Assembly: GCA_019244185.1 (NCBI GenBank)
Contig: JAFATB010000015.1
Location: 1-64,000, forward strand
From: Acidobacteriota bacterium
Lineage (GTDB): Bacteria > Acidobacteriota > Thermoanaerobaculia > Gp7-AA8
Length of the DNA: 64,000 nucleotides
Direction: 5' to 3'
A program made the translations under genes and the position numbers. This document shows positions 1 through 9,198 of the stretch, piece after piece (the stretch's first letter is position 1; every line of letters starts with the position of its first letter). Below the pieces are notes generated by a model that saw only the letters and a list, made by a program, of their open reading frames with translations, was not told the DNA's origin and did no database searches.

Positions 1-1311
1 GCCGGCGCGGAAGCGCGGGTGGTCGAGGACGCGCAGCAGAAACGGGACGTTCGTCTGGACGCCGAGGATCGGAAACTCGCGCAGCGCGCACATCAGCCGC
101 GCGATCGCCTCGTCCCTCGTCGTCGCCGTCGCGACGACCTTGGCGATCATCGAGTCGTAGTGGACGGGAATCTCGCTGCCTTCCACGACGCCCGAGTCGA
201 TGCGGATGCCCGGCATCGACGGCTCGCGGTAGAGCAGCAGACGGCCGGCCTGCGGCAGGAATCCCTTCGCCGAGTCTTCCGCGTAGACGCGCGCTTCGAT
301 CGCGTGGCCCCGCTGGGTGATCGACGGTGACAGCCACGGCAGCGGCTCTCCCGAGGCGACGAGCAGCTGCGCGCGCACCATGTCGAGGCCGGTCACCTGT
401 TCGGTGACGGGATGCTCGACCTGCAGCCGCGTGTTCATCTCGAGGAAGTAGAACTCCCCTTCCGGCGTGACGATGAACTCGACCGTGCCGGCGTTCACGT
501 AGTCGACGCCGCGCGCGGCCGCGAGCGCCGCCTGCGCCATGCGCTGCCGCAGGTCGTCGCTGTAACGCGGCGCCGGCGTCTCCTCGACGACTTTCTGGTG
601 CCGCCGCTGGATCGAACAGTCGCGCTCGAAGAGATGCACGAGGTTGCCGTGCGTGTCGCCGAAGATCTGGAACTCGACGTGGCGCGGCTCCTCGATGTAG
701 CGCTCGAGCAGCAGCCGGTCGTTGCCGAACGCCTTCGAGGCCTCGCGCCGCGCGGACTCGATCGCCGCCTGCAGTTCCTCGCGCGCGCGGACAATCTTCA
801 TCCCCTTCCCGCCGCCGCCCGCCGACGCTTTCACTAGCAGCGGAAAGCCGATGCGCTCCGCCTCGGTGGTCAACGTGTTGACGTTCTGGTCTTCGCCGTC
901 GTAGCCCGGCACGACCGGGACGCCGTGCGACGACATCAGCTGCCGCGACTCCGCCTTCGAGCCCATCGCTTCGATCGACGACGCCTTCGGTCCGACGAAC
1001 ACGATGCCCGCGTCGTCGCACGCGGCGGCGAGCTCCGCGCGCTCGGAGAGAAAGCCGTAGCCGGGATGCAGCGCGTCCGCGCCGGCCTCGCGCGCGGCGT
1101 CGATGACGCGGCCGACGTTGAGGTACGTCGCCCGCGCGTCGCCGCTGCCGAGGGAGATCGCGCGGTCGAAGAAACGCCGCACGTAGCGGACGTCGTCGTC
1201 TTCGGCGTGCGCGAGCACGGACTCGATGCCCATCTCCCGGCACGCGCGCGCGATGCGCACGGCGATCTCGCCGCGGTTCGGGACGATCAGCCTTTCGATG
1301 GAAGACGTCAC
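1..1311 (-). CDS. Biotin carboxylase subunit of an acyl-CoA (probably methylcrotonyl-CoA) carboxylase; runs off the left edge
   Basis: Not in the ORF track. The reverse strand from GTG at 1311 reads MTSSIERLIVPNRGEIA, with HPGYGFLSE, GGGGKGMKIV, RDCSIQRRHQK and EMNTRLQVEHPVTE motifs in one frame. The start overlaps the hydratase stop (GTGA). Confidence 0.9.
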   Translation of the reverse strand, partial: MTSSIERLIVPNRGEIAVRIARACREMGIESVLAHAEDDDVRYVRRFFDRAISLGSGDARATYLNVGRVIDAAREAGADALHPGYGFLSERAELAAACDDAGIVFVGPKASSIEAMGSKAESRQLMSSHGVPVVPGYDGEDQNVNTLTTEAERIGFPLLVKASAGGGGKGMKIVRAREELQAAIESARREASKAFGNDRLLLERYIEEPRHVEFQIFGDTHGNLVHLFERDCSIQRRHQKVVEETPAPRYSDDLRQRMAQAALAAARGVDYVNAGTVEFIVTPEGEFYFLEMNTRLQVEHPVTEQVTGLDMVRAQLLVASGEPLPWLSPSITQRGHAIEARVYAEDSAKGFLPQAGRLLLYREPSMPGIRIDSGVVEGSEIPVHYDSMIAKVVATATTRDEAIARLMCALREFPILGVQTNVPFLLRVLDHPRFRAG

Positions 1312-2093
1312 TTTGCGATCCAGGGCGCCAGTCCTTTCTCGAGAAACGCCTTCATCCCCGCCTGCCCTTCGGCGGACACGCGCCGCGACGCGATCGCCTC
1401 GATCGTGTACGGAATCGCTTCCGCGAGCTCGTTCGACGCCACGTGCGCTATGAGCTTCTTGCACTCGCGCACTGCTTCCGGTCCGGAGGTTTTCAGCTGC
1501 GTGATCGTCTCGTAGACCGCGTTGTCGAGATCGTCGTTCGTTTCCACGACGCGATGCACGAGGCCGATCCGCAGCGCGCGCTCCGCGTCGAAGCGTTCGC
1601 CGGTGAGGAACAGCGCGCGCGCGTGCGAGCGGCCGATCTTGCCGATGACGTACGGTGAGATGACCGCCGGCAAAATGCCGAGCTTCACTTCCGAGAGGCC
1701 GAACTGCGCGGTGCGCGTGGTGATGGCGACGTCGCAGACGGAGACGAGGCCGACGCCGCCGCCGATGGCCGCGCCCTGAATGCGGCCGACCACCGGCAGC
1801 GGACATTCGTCGATGAGCGCGTACATCTTCGCGAGCAGCGACGAGTCGCGCACGTTTTCCTCGCGCGTGTACGAGACCATGCGCGACATCCAGTTGAGGT
1901 CCGCGCCCGCGCAGAAGTTCTTGCCCGTGCCCTGCAGCACGACCGCGCGCGCGGCGCTCGTGTCGATGTGCGAGAAGAGGTCGATCGCTTCCGCGATCAG
2001 TTCGTCGTTGAATGCGTTGTGGACGTCGGGCCGGTTGAGCGTGACGTGCAGCACGCCTTCCTTCGGCTCGACCAGGAGCGTTTTGTACGCCAT
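1308..2093 (-). CDS. Enoyl-CoA hydratase family, methylglutaconyl-CoA hydratase-like
   Basis: LNRPDVHNAF, FCAGADL, GGGVGL and SEVKLGILPA crotonase motifs; coupled to the biotin carboxylase. Confidence 0.9.
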   Translation of the reverse strand: MAYKTLLVEPKEGVLHVTLNRPDVHNAFNDELIAEAIDLFSHIDTSAARAVVLQGTGKNFCAGADLNWMSRMVSYTREENVRDSSLLAKMYALIDECPLPVVGRIQGAAIGGGVGLVSVCDVAITTRTAQFGLSEVKLGILPAVISPYVIGKIGRSHARALFLTGERFDAERALRIGLVHRVVETNDDLDNAVYETITQLKTSGPEAVRECKKLIAHVASNELAEAIPYTIEAIASRRVSAEGQAGMKAFLEKGLAPWIAK

Positions 2094-2112
2094 ACGCGGC
2101 GCATTCTAACGT

Positions 2113-4506
2113 CTACCGCACAGCGCGATGGCGCGGCCCGGTCGGCTGCACGAAATGCGGCACGATCGTGTACTGCGGCTCCACGCCGACGGGACCCGTG
2201 GCCGCAATCTGCACCGTGACCTCCGACGCGCTGTTCGACGGATACGCGACCTGCAGCGTCGCCGTCGCGTGCACCGGCACGTCGACCGACACCGAGCCCG
2301 ACGTCGCGCGCAGCGGCGTGTCGCCGGCGGTGATCGTCGCCGAGTAGCTCGGCCCGTGCGCGACGGTGAACTTGAAGTAGTCGACGTCGCCCGCGCTGCA
2401 GATCGCGGCGCTCACCGTCGACCCCGGCACGAGCGCGCCGTACGCCTGCGCGGGCGAATCGTTCGGCTCCGTCAGATCGTTGCACGCCGCGAGCGTATGC
2501 GCCGACGTGATCACGACCGCTTCCTGCGCCGCGGTCGTGACGTGCGTGCCGTTCAGCACGACGCGATACACGCCCGGGGTCGCGTTCGCGATCTCGACTT
2601 CCTCGGTGTTGTCGATGTTGTTGACGCCGACGGTCGCGACGGCCGACGGCACGTTCTTGTCGAGCACGTACGGGAAGTGCGTCTTGCCGTCGGGATCGAT
2701 GACCGTGAGATCGAGATCGTTGACGAGCGCCTTCGCGGAGAAGCCGTCGTTGCCGAGGAGCAGCACCGACGGATCGGCCCAGCCGGCGACGACGCGCAGT
2801 TTCTGCAGCGATGAAACGACGATCGGGAACTCCTGCCGCGCGCCGTTCGAGAGCGAGATGCGGCGGATGAAGTTGTGGCTGCCACCGTCGGCGAGAATGA
2901 GATCGGCCGAGGCTTTCGCGTCGATGAGACCGAAGCCGTACGTGTAGTCGGGACCGGCATTGCCGAGATCGAATGCGCCGGCGATGAGCAGCGTCTTCAG
3001 CTCGACCGGCAGCGGCGTCACGCCGTACGTGCGGCGCCACTGCTCGGTGAGCAGACCCGCGGTGCCGGTGACGACCGGTGTCGACATCGACGTGCCGCTC
3101 TTCGTGCCGTACGAATCGATGGGGACCGTCGAGAAGACGTTCGTGCCACGAGCGACGACGTCGGGCTTCACGCGTCCGTCTTTCGCGGGACCGCGCGAGC
3201 TGTCGAACGCGACGATGCCATTGGCATCGACGTTCCCAACGGCAATGGCATTCTTCGCGGCACCGTTGAGCGTCATCGTGTCGAACGGTGCGATGGCGTG
3301 GTGCGGCACGGCGTCGCAGCCGGCGTTGCATTGCGAGGTCGGACAGTCGGTGCCGGTGCCGTTCTTCGAGTAACAGAACGTCCCCGGAATGAGCTGGAAG
3401 TTGTCGTCGACGTGGCGATGCGCTTTCCATTCGCCGCTGAGCGGATCGAAGCCGTCGTTGCCCGCGGAATGGACGAACAGCACGTTTCGGCGGATGGAGA
3501 TGTCGTCGACCGGGGCGGTGTCTTCCGGCGTGTACGCGCCGTAGTACTCCTCGGCGTTGTTCCACACCGGCGTGCTGCCGGAGAAGCTCCAGCCGAGAAC
3601 GTAGCCCCACGAGTTGCTGTCGGCGATGACGCCGCGCTTCTGCAGCTCCTGATCTTTGTCGACGAAGAAATCGCCCTTGCAGGTGTTGGTGCTCGTGGCG
3701 ACGCAGAACTCGTACAGCGTTGCGCGCGGCGCCATGCCTTTCGCCTCGGGATTGAGTCCCGTCGCGATGAGCGTGCCGGAGGTGTGCGTTGCATGCGAGG
3801 CGTCGCTCGACGCGCCGCCCGTGGCGAAGACGGTGAGCCGTCCGCCGAACTCGGGATGCGATCCCTGCGCGGCGGCGAGCTCGAAGAGCGAGAGCACGAC
3901 GCCGTTGCCGGTGAGGCCGTACGGCGCCGCCTGAATGCTGTTGACGTGCGAGAGCTGCGCGGCTTCGGCGTTGTCGACTTTGACCTGGAAGCGCGGCTTC
4001 GCGCCGACGAGCAGCACGCGGTCGTCCGACGCGAGCGCCGCGAGCGACGACGGCGGCACGCGCACTTCGAGGCGGTGCATCGGCGCGAACGAGAATGCGA
4101 GCGGATCGACGGTCGCGCCGCCCGCTTCTTCGATCGCGGCGCGCGCGGCGTCCAGATCGACGTCATCGTGGAAAAAGACGCTGACGTTGGCGAACGCCGT
4201 ACCCGACGCCGCCTCGCGCCACGCGCTGCGGAGGACTTTCTCTTCGAGCGTGAACGGCGCGACGGTGGCGACGCGCGCGTCGACGGACGCGTTCGCGTTC
4301 ATGCGCGCGATGAAGCGGTCGCCGGTGAGCGCGCGGCCGAGGGTGATGCCGCGCGCGGCGAGCTCCGCGCGGTCGGCGTCCGTCAGCGGCTGCCGCGGCG
4401 CGAGCACGACGTGCCGCACGCGCGGGGCCGGACGGTCGATGGTGCCGGCCGCGAAGGCCGGCACCGCGAAAACGCCGAACGCGAGAAGGAGCACCACCCG
4501 CCGCAT
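2113..4506 (-). CDS. Secreted S8 subtilase with prodomain and C-terminal beta-sandwich/PPC-like domains (paralog 1)
   Basis: Signal peptide; HATHTSGT, SAGND, SSRGPAKDGRVKPD, GTSMS; DVDYFKF PPC-like motif; GGAGG RBS before ATG 4506. Confidence 0.9.
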   Translation of the reverse strand: MRRVVLLLAFGVFAVPAFAAGTIDRPAPRVRHVVLAPRQPLTDADRAELAARGITLGRALTGDRFIARMNANASVDARVATVAPFTLEEKVLRSAWREAASGTAFANVSVFFHDDVDLDAARAAIEEAGGATVDPLAFSFAPMHRLEVRVPPSSLAALASDDRVLLVGAKPRFQVKVDNAEAAQLSHVNSIQAAPYGLTGNGVVLSLFELAAAQGSHPEFGGRLTVFATGGASSDASHATHTSGTLIATGLNPEAKGMAPRATLYEFCVATSTNTCKGDFFVDKDQELQKRGVIADSNSWGYVLGWSFSGSTPVWNNAEEYYGAYTPEDTAPVDDISIRRNVLFVHSAGNDGFDPLSGEWKAHRHVDDNFQLIPGTFCYSKNGTGTDCPTSQCNAGCDAVPHHAIAPFDTMTLNGAAKNAIAVGNVDANGIVAFDSSRGPAKDGRVKPDVVARGTNVFSTVPIDSYGTKSGTSMSTPVVTGTAGLLTEQWRRTYGVTPLPVELKTLLIAGAFDLGNAGPDYTYGFGLIDAKASADLILADGGSHNFIRRISLSNGARQEFPIVVSSLQKLRVVAGWADPSVLLLGNDGFSAKALVNDLDLTVIDPDGKTHFPYVLDKNVPSAVATVGVNNIDNTEEVEIANATPGVYRVVLNGTHVTTAAQEAVVITSAHTLAACNDLTEPNDSPAQAYGALVPGSTVSAAICSAGDVDYFKFTVAHGPSYSATITAGDTPLRATSGSVSVDVPVHATATLQVAYPSNSASEVTVQIAATGPVGVEPQYTIVPHFVQPTGPRHRAVR

Positions 4507-4537
4507 CACGCCTCCCTGTTCACTGACCCCGAATCGC

Positions 4538-7015
4538 TTACCGCACCGAACGGCGGCGCGGCGGAACGAACGTGCCGTACGAGAACTTCACCGTGTACGA
4601 CGAGTTGGCGCCGAGCGTGCCGTTCGCTTCGACGCGCACCGTCACCGGCAGCGCCGTCGCGACGCCGTTGCCCGAGCCGTACTGCAGCGTCACCGTGCGC
4701 GTCGCATGCGCCGGGACGTCGACGGAGCTCGTGAGTCCGTTCGAGGCCGTTTCGGTGACGCGCAGCGGCGTGTCGGCCGCGGTGATCGTGACCGTCATCG
4801 GACCGTTCTTCGTGGCGGTGAAGCGGAAGTAGTCGACGTCGTTCTGCGTGCAGATCGCGCCGCTCACGGTCTGCTCGGTCGGAACATCGCCGTACGCGGT
4901 GGCCGGCGTGTCGTTGCCGCCCATCTCCGTCGGATCGCTGCACGGCGGCGCGGCCGGCGCGGCCTTCGCGTTGGCGACGATGACCGCGGCCTGCGGACCC
5001 GACGTCACGTGCGAGCCGGTGACGACGACGCGATAGACGCCCGGGGTCGCGTTCGCGATCTCGACCATCTCGGTGTTGTCGACGGTGTTCACGCCGGTCG
5101 TGGCGTTGGCTTGGTAGTTCACTTTGTCGAGCACGTACGGCAGGTGCGTCGCGCCGTTCGGATCGACGATCTTGACGTCGAGGTCGTTGACGAGCGCCTT
5201 GGCCTCGAACGAGTCGTCGCCGAGGAGAATGACCGACGGATCGCCCCACTGCAGGACGACGCGGAGGTTCTGCTGCGCGGTGACGTTGAGCGGCATCTCG
5301 TAGCTCTGTCCCTGCGCGATGGACGTCGAGCGGATCTGCGTGCCCTGGCCGTTGTCGCCGATGATGAGATCGACGGAGTTCTTCGCGTCGACGGAGCCGA
5401 AGCCGAACGAGTAATCGGGGCCGGGGTTGCCGAGGTCGTCGGCGCCGGCGATGAGCAGCGCCTTGAGCACGACCGGGCCGGGCTTGGCGTTCTGATGCAG
5501 CTTCTCCCACTGCTCGGCGAGCAGCGCGGCGATGCCGGTGACGACGGGCGCCGCCATCGACGTACCGCTGCTGGTCGCGTACGAATTCACGGGCACCGTG
5601 GAGAGCGTGTTCCAGCCGCGCGCGACGACTTCCGGTTTGACGCGGCCGTCTTTCGCGGGACCGCGCGAGCTGAACGAGACCGGGACGACGGTGCCGGCGA
5701 TCGGCTGCACGGCGCCGACGGTGATGACGTTCTTCGCCGAACCGGTGACGCTCATCGTGTCGAACGGCGAGAGATCGCGGTGATGTTGCGCGCGCTCGCA
5801 ACCGCCGTTGCAGGTCGGAAGCGGGCAGTCGTTGCCGCTGCCGCTGCGCGAGACGCAGTAGATCTTCGTCTTGTCGGTGTCGCCGGTGTCGGGGTTCACG
5901 TGGCGGTGCTGCCCGTCCTGCTCGAAGCCCGGCAGCGCGCCGTCGTTTCCGGCGGCAAAGACGTGAAGAATGCCGTCGCGAAGGACGGAATCATCGATGG
6001 CCGGCACTCCGTAACCCGCCTCGTACGCGCCGTAGTACTCCTCGGTGTCGAGCCAGACCGGGAAGCCCGCGCCGTCGCAGCTGGTGCACCAGCCGAGCGG
6101 GAAGCCGAGTGAGATGTTGTTCGAGACGAGGCCGAGGCTCGGGAAGGCGTTGTCGAAGACGTCGAGCATCGAGCCGACGCCGGTGCCGACGTCGTACTGA
6201 TAGATGTGCGACGCGGGCGCCATGCCCTTCGCGTCGGGACGGATGCCCGCCGCGCCGATCGTTCCGGAGACGTGCGTCGAGTGCTCGCCGACTTCACTGC
6301 CGCCCGGCTGTGCGAACGCCTGCAGGCGTCCCTGGAACTCGGGGTGATCCGCCTGCGCGACGGAGATCTCCGACACGCCGACGTTGATGCCGGCGCCGGA
6401 GAGGTTGTACGGCGCGGCCTGCACGACGTCGACTTTCGCGAGCGAGCCCGCTTCCGTGTTCAGCTCGGTGAGGCCGTGGCGCGGACGCCCGCTGATCGCG
6501 AGCACGCGGTCGTCGGCGGCGAGCGTCGCGACGGCGGACGGCGCGATGCGCGCCTCGATGCGCTGCGACGGCAGGTACTTCACCGTCAGCGGATCGAGCT
6601 GGCCGCCCGCGGCGAGGATCGCGTTTCGCGCTTCGTCGAAGGCGACGTCGTCGTGGAAGAGCACCGCGAGGTTCGCCCAGGCGCGGCCGCGGCCGAGGTC
6701 CTTGAGCGCCGAATGGAGGATCTTGCGATCCGCCCCCAGCGGCTCGAGCGACGCGATGCGCGCGTCGCCGCTCGCTTCCGCGGACGCGGTCACGCGCGCG
6801 ACCCAGCGGCCGCCCGTGAGCGGATGCTGGACGTCGATGCCTTTCGCGCGCAGCTCGGCGCGGTCGGCATCCGTGAGCGGCTGCTCGGGCTGCAGGATCA
6901 CGTGGCGCGCGCGGATGTTGTCGCGTGCGAGGCCGCTGTCGCGATCGAAGCGCTCGGCGGCGAAGAGGGTGCTGGTGGCGAGAAGGAGGACGAAGACGAT
7001 CGGTAGTCGGCGCAT
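4538..7015 (-). CDS. Secreted S8 subtilase (paralog 2)
   Basis: Signal peptide MRRLPIVFVLLL from ATG 7015; HSTHVSGT, AAGND, GTSMAAP; colinear with paralog 1. The ORF-track start at 7117 lies inside the tRNA. Confidence 0.9.
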   Translation of the reverse strand: MRRLPIVFVLLLATSTLFAAERFDRDSGLARDNIRARHVILQPEQPLTDADRAELRAKGIDVQHPLTGGRWVARVTASAEASGDARIASLEPLGADRKILHSALKDLGRGRAWANLAVLFHDDVAFDEARNAILAAGGQLDPLTVKYLPSQRIEARIAPSAVATLAADDRVLAISGRPRHGLTELNTEAGSLAKVDVVQAAPYNLSGAGINVGVSEISVAQADHPEFQGRLQAFAQPGGSEVGEHSTHVSGTIGAAGIRPDAKGMAPASHIYQYDVGTGVGSMLDVFDNAFPSLGLVSNNISLGFPLGWCTSCDGAGFPVWLDTEEYYGAYEAGYGVPAIDDSVLRDGILHVFAAGNDGALPGFEQDGQHRHVNPDTGDTDKTKIYCVSRSGSGNDCPLPTCNGGCERAQHHRDLSPFDTMSVTGSAKNVITVGAVQPIAGTVVPVSFSSRGPAKDGRVKPEVVARGWNTLSTVPVNSYATSSGTSMAAPVVTGIAALLAEQWEKLHQNAKPGPVVLKALLIAGADDLGNPGPDYSFGFGSVDAKNSVDLIIGDNGQGTQIRSTSIAQGQSYEMPLNVTAQQNLRVVLQWGDPSVILLGDDSFEAKALVNDLDVKIVDPNGATHLPYVLDKVNYQANATTGVNTVDNTEMVEIANATPGVYRVVVTGSHVTSGPQAAVIVANAKAAPAAPPCSDPTEMGGNDTPATAYGDVPTEQTVSGAICTQNDVDYFRFTATKNGPMTVTITAADTPLRVTETASNGLTSSVDVPAHATRTVTLQYGSGNGVATALPVTVRVEANGTLGANSSYTVKFSYGTFVPPRRRSVR

Positions 7016-7044
7016 GGTTCCGTTCATATCCATTGATGATGACG

Positions 7045-7131
7045 TGGTGCCCGAGGTCGGACTCGAACCGACATGAGGGTTGACCTCGGCAGATTTTGAG
7101 TCTGCTGCGTCTGCCATTTCGCCACTCGGGC
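7045..7131 (-). tRNA. tRNA-Leu(CAA), 87 nt, long variable arm, encoded CCA
   Basis: Reverse complement GCCCGAGTGGCGAAATGGCAGACGCAGCAGACTCAAAATCTGCCGAGGTCAACCCTCATGTCGGTTCGAGTCCGACCTCGGGCACCA; anticodon stem GCAGA/TCTGC, loop CTCAAAA, GTTCGAG T-loop. Confidence 0.97.
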
Positions 7132-7136
7132 GGCGA

Positions 7137-8396
7137 TCACTGCGTGACTGCGTGCTGCTGCGCGTCCTGCCACCGGCGCGCCGCGGAATGCAGCTCGTCG
7201 TCGGTCAGGACGCGATTGGTCGACTTCGCCAGTTGAAACAGCTCCTTCGCCAGCGGCTCCTCTTGCGGATAGCCGTGGACGTCGAGCCAGTAGATGACGT
7301 TCGAGAGGCCGCACATCGGCCCGACTTCGATCACCTGCTGCAAACCGAACATTCCCGCGGGAACGCCGGAGTAAACGCGGTCGGCGAGCCAGTCGCTTCC
7401 CTTCCGCTTCGCTTTGATGATCGCCGCGGCGTGCACGCCCGTGCCGGTGCGGAACGCGTCGCGGCCGAAGACAGGATAGCGGTCATCGAGCGGCACGCCT
7501 GTCACGCGCGAGACAAATTTCACGTAATCGGGCAGAGCCGTGAGGTCGTTGTCGATCCACCCCATCAGCTTGAGGTTGACCATCAAAAGGTCCATCGGCG
7601 TGTTGCCGACGCGCTCGCCGATACCGCACGCGGAGCCGTGCACGCGATCCGCGCCCGCCTCCAGCGCGGCCACGCAGTTGATGACGCCGAGGCCGCGGTC
7701 CTCGTGACCGTGCCAGTCGATCTTCACGTTCGGATTCTCGCGGTCGACGATCTTGCGGACGAAGCGCACGAGGTTGCGCGCGCCCCACGGCGTCGCGTGA
7801 CCGACGGTGTCGGCGATGCAGATGCGCGCGGCGCCGGCGGCGATCGCGGCGCTGTAGAGCTTCTCGATGTCTTCCGGCTTCGCGCGCGTCGTGTCTTCGG
7901 TGACGTACATGACCGGGATGCCTTCGCTCACGGCGAAGCGCACCGCCTTCGTCGACTGCTCGATGATCCAGTCGAGATCCCACTCTTCCGCGAACTGCCG
8001 GATCGGCGACGAGCCGATGAAGAGGTCGGCCTCGATGCGGATGCCGACGCGGTTCGAGATCTCGACGATCGGCCGCACGTCGTTCTCGTGCGTGCGTCCC
8101 GCGGCGCTCGGATAGACGGAGAGCTTCTGCTCGACGATCTCGCGCGCGAGACGCTCGACTGTCTTCTGCACGTGCGGGCCCGCGCCGGGCAGGCCGATGT
8201 CGGCGTTGTCGATCCCGATCGCGTTCATGTAGTGAAGGATGCGCAGCTTGTCTTCGATCGAAGGATCGGTGACCGACGGCGACTGCAGTCCGTCGCGCAG
8301 CGTCTCGTCATCGAACTCGACGCGGCGGCGCGGCGACACGGCCGTCTCGCCGTCGACGTTCCAGTCGTGGATCAGATGCTCAAGGGACTCGGTCAT
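7137..8396 (-). CDS. LeuA-family DRE-TIM synthase (2-isopropylmalate/homocitrate synthase-like), short form
   Basis: DETLRDGLQS, ADTVG, HGHEDRG and GIGERVGN motifs; about 419 aa with no C-terminal regulatory domain. Confidence 0.85.
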   Translation of the reverse strand: MTESLEHLIHDWNVDGETAVSPRRRVEFDDETLRDGLQSPSVTDPSIEDKLRILHYMNAIGIDNADIGLPGAGPHVQKTVERLAREIVEQKLSVYPSAAGRTHENDVRPIVEISNRVGIRIEADLFIGSSPIRQFAEEWDLDWIIEQSTKAVRFAVSEGIPVMYVTEDTTRAKPEDIEKLYSAAIAAGAARICIADTVGHATPWGARNLVRFVRKIVDRENPNVKIDWHGHEDRGLGVINCVAALEAGADRVHGSACGIGERVGNTPMDLLMVNLKLMGWIDNDLTALPDYVKFVSRVTGVPLDDRYPVFGRDAFRTGTGVHAAAIIKAKRKGSDWLADRVYSGVPAGMFGLQQVIEVGPMCGLSNVIYWLDVHGYPQEEPLAKELFQLAKSTNRVLTDDELHSAARRWQDAQQHAVTQ

Positions 8397-8415
8397 GTGA
8401 TGTTCCGAATGCACC

Positions 8416-9198
8416 TTACCGTCCCTTGAATTCCGCTGCACGTTTCTCGAGGAACGCGCCCATCCCTTCCTTCATGTCGTCGGTCGATGCAAGCAGGCCG
8501 AAGAGCGTCGCCTCGAGGAACTGTCCTTCGTCGAACGGCATGTCGCTGCCGCTCATCACCGCTTCGATCGCGGCGCGCACGGCGAGCGGTCCGCGCGAGG
8601 CGATCTTACGCGCCATTTCTTCGGCGACGCTCATCAGCTGATCGGCCGGCACGACGCGGTTCACGAGTCCGATGCGCTCCGCCTCGTCGGCTTTGATGCG
8701 GTCGCCGGTGAGGATCAGCTCGAGCGCTTTCCCTTTGCCGAGGAGACGCGCCACGCGCTGCGTGCCGCCGTAGCCGGGGATGATGCCGAGCGTGACTTCC
8801 GGCAGGCCGAGCTGCGCCTTGTCGGAGGCGATGCGGATGTGACACGCGAGCGCGAGCTCGCAGCCGCCGCCGAGGGCGAAGCCGTTGATCGCGGCGATGA
8901 CGGGCTTCGGGAACCGCTCGATCGCGCGGAAGGTGCGCTGCCCGCGCTCGGCGACGTCCTTGCCGGTGATCGGCGTCATCTGCGCAAGCTCACCGATGTC
9001 GGCGCCGGCGACGAACGCTTTCTCGCCGCCGCCGGTGAGGATCACGCACTTCACGCTCTCGTCCTCACGCGCGTCGCGGAACGCGCGGCGCAGTTCCTCG
9101 ACGGTGTCGGCGTTGAGCGCGTTGAGCACCTTCGGCCGGTCGATGGTGATGGTGAGAATGCCGTCGCGGTTCTCGAGTTTCAGATTTTCGTAAGCCAT
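8416..9198 (-). CDS. Enoyl-CoA hydratase (crotonase)
   Basis: C-terminal part of ORF 8416..10092 from MAYENLKLE; AFVAGADI, GGGCEL, GLPEVTLGIIPGYGGTQR. Confidence 0.92.
   Translation of the reverse strand: MAYENLKLENRDGILTITIDRPKVLNALNADTVEELRRAFRDAREDESVKCVILTGGGEKAFVAGADIGELAQMTPITGKDVAERGQRTFRAIERFPKPVIAAINGFALGGGCELALACHIRIASDKAQLGLPEVTLGIIPGYGGTQRVARLLGKGKALELILTGDRIKADEAERIGLVNRVVPADQLMSVAEEMARKIASRGPLAVRAAIEAVMSGSDMPFDEGQFLEATLFGLLASTDDMKEGMGAFLEKRAAEFKGR

Noticed and set aside
2094-7045. Subtilase pair as an island integrated at the tRNA-Leu 3' end
   Set aside because: No duplicated tRNA 3' fragment near 2100, no integrase, and host-like codon usage
7016-7117. N-terminal extension of subtilase paralog 2
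   Set aside because: It is translated tRNA sequence; the signal peptide begins at 7015
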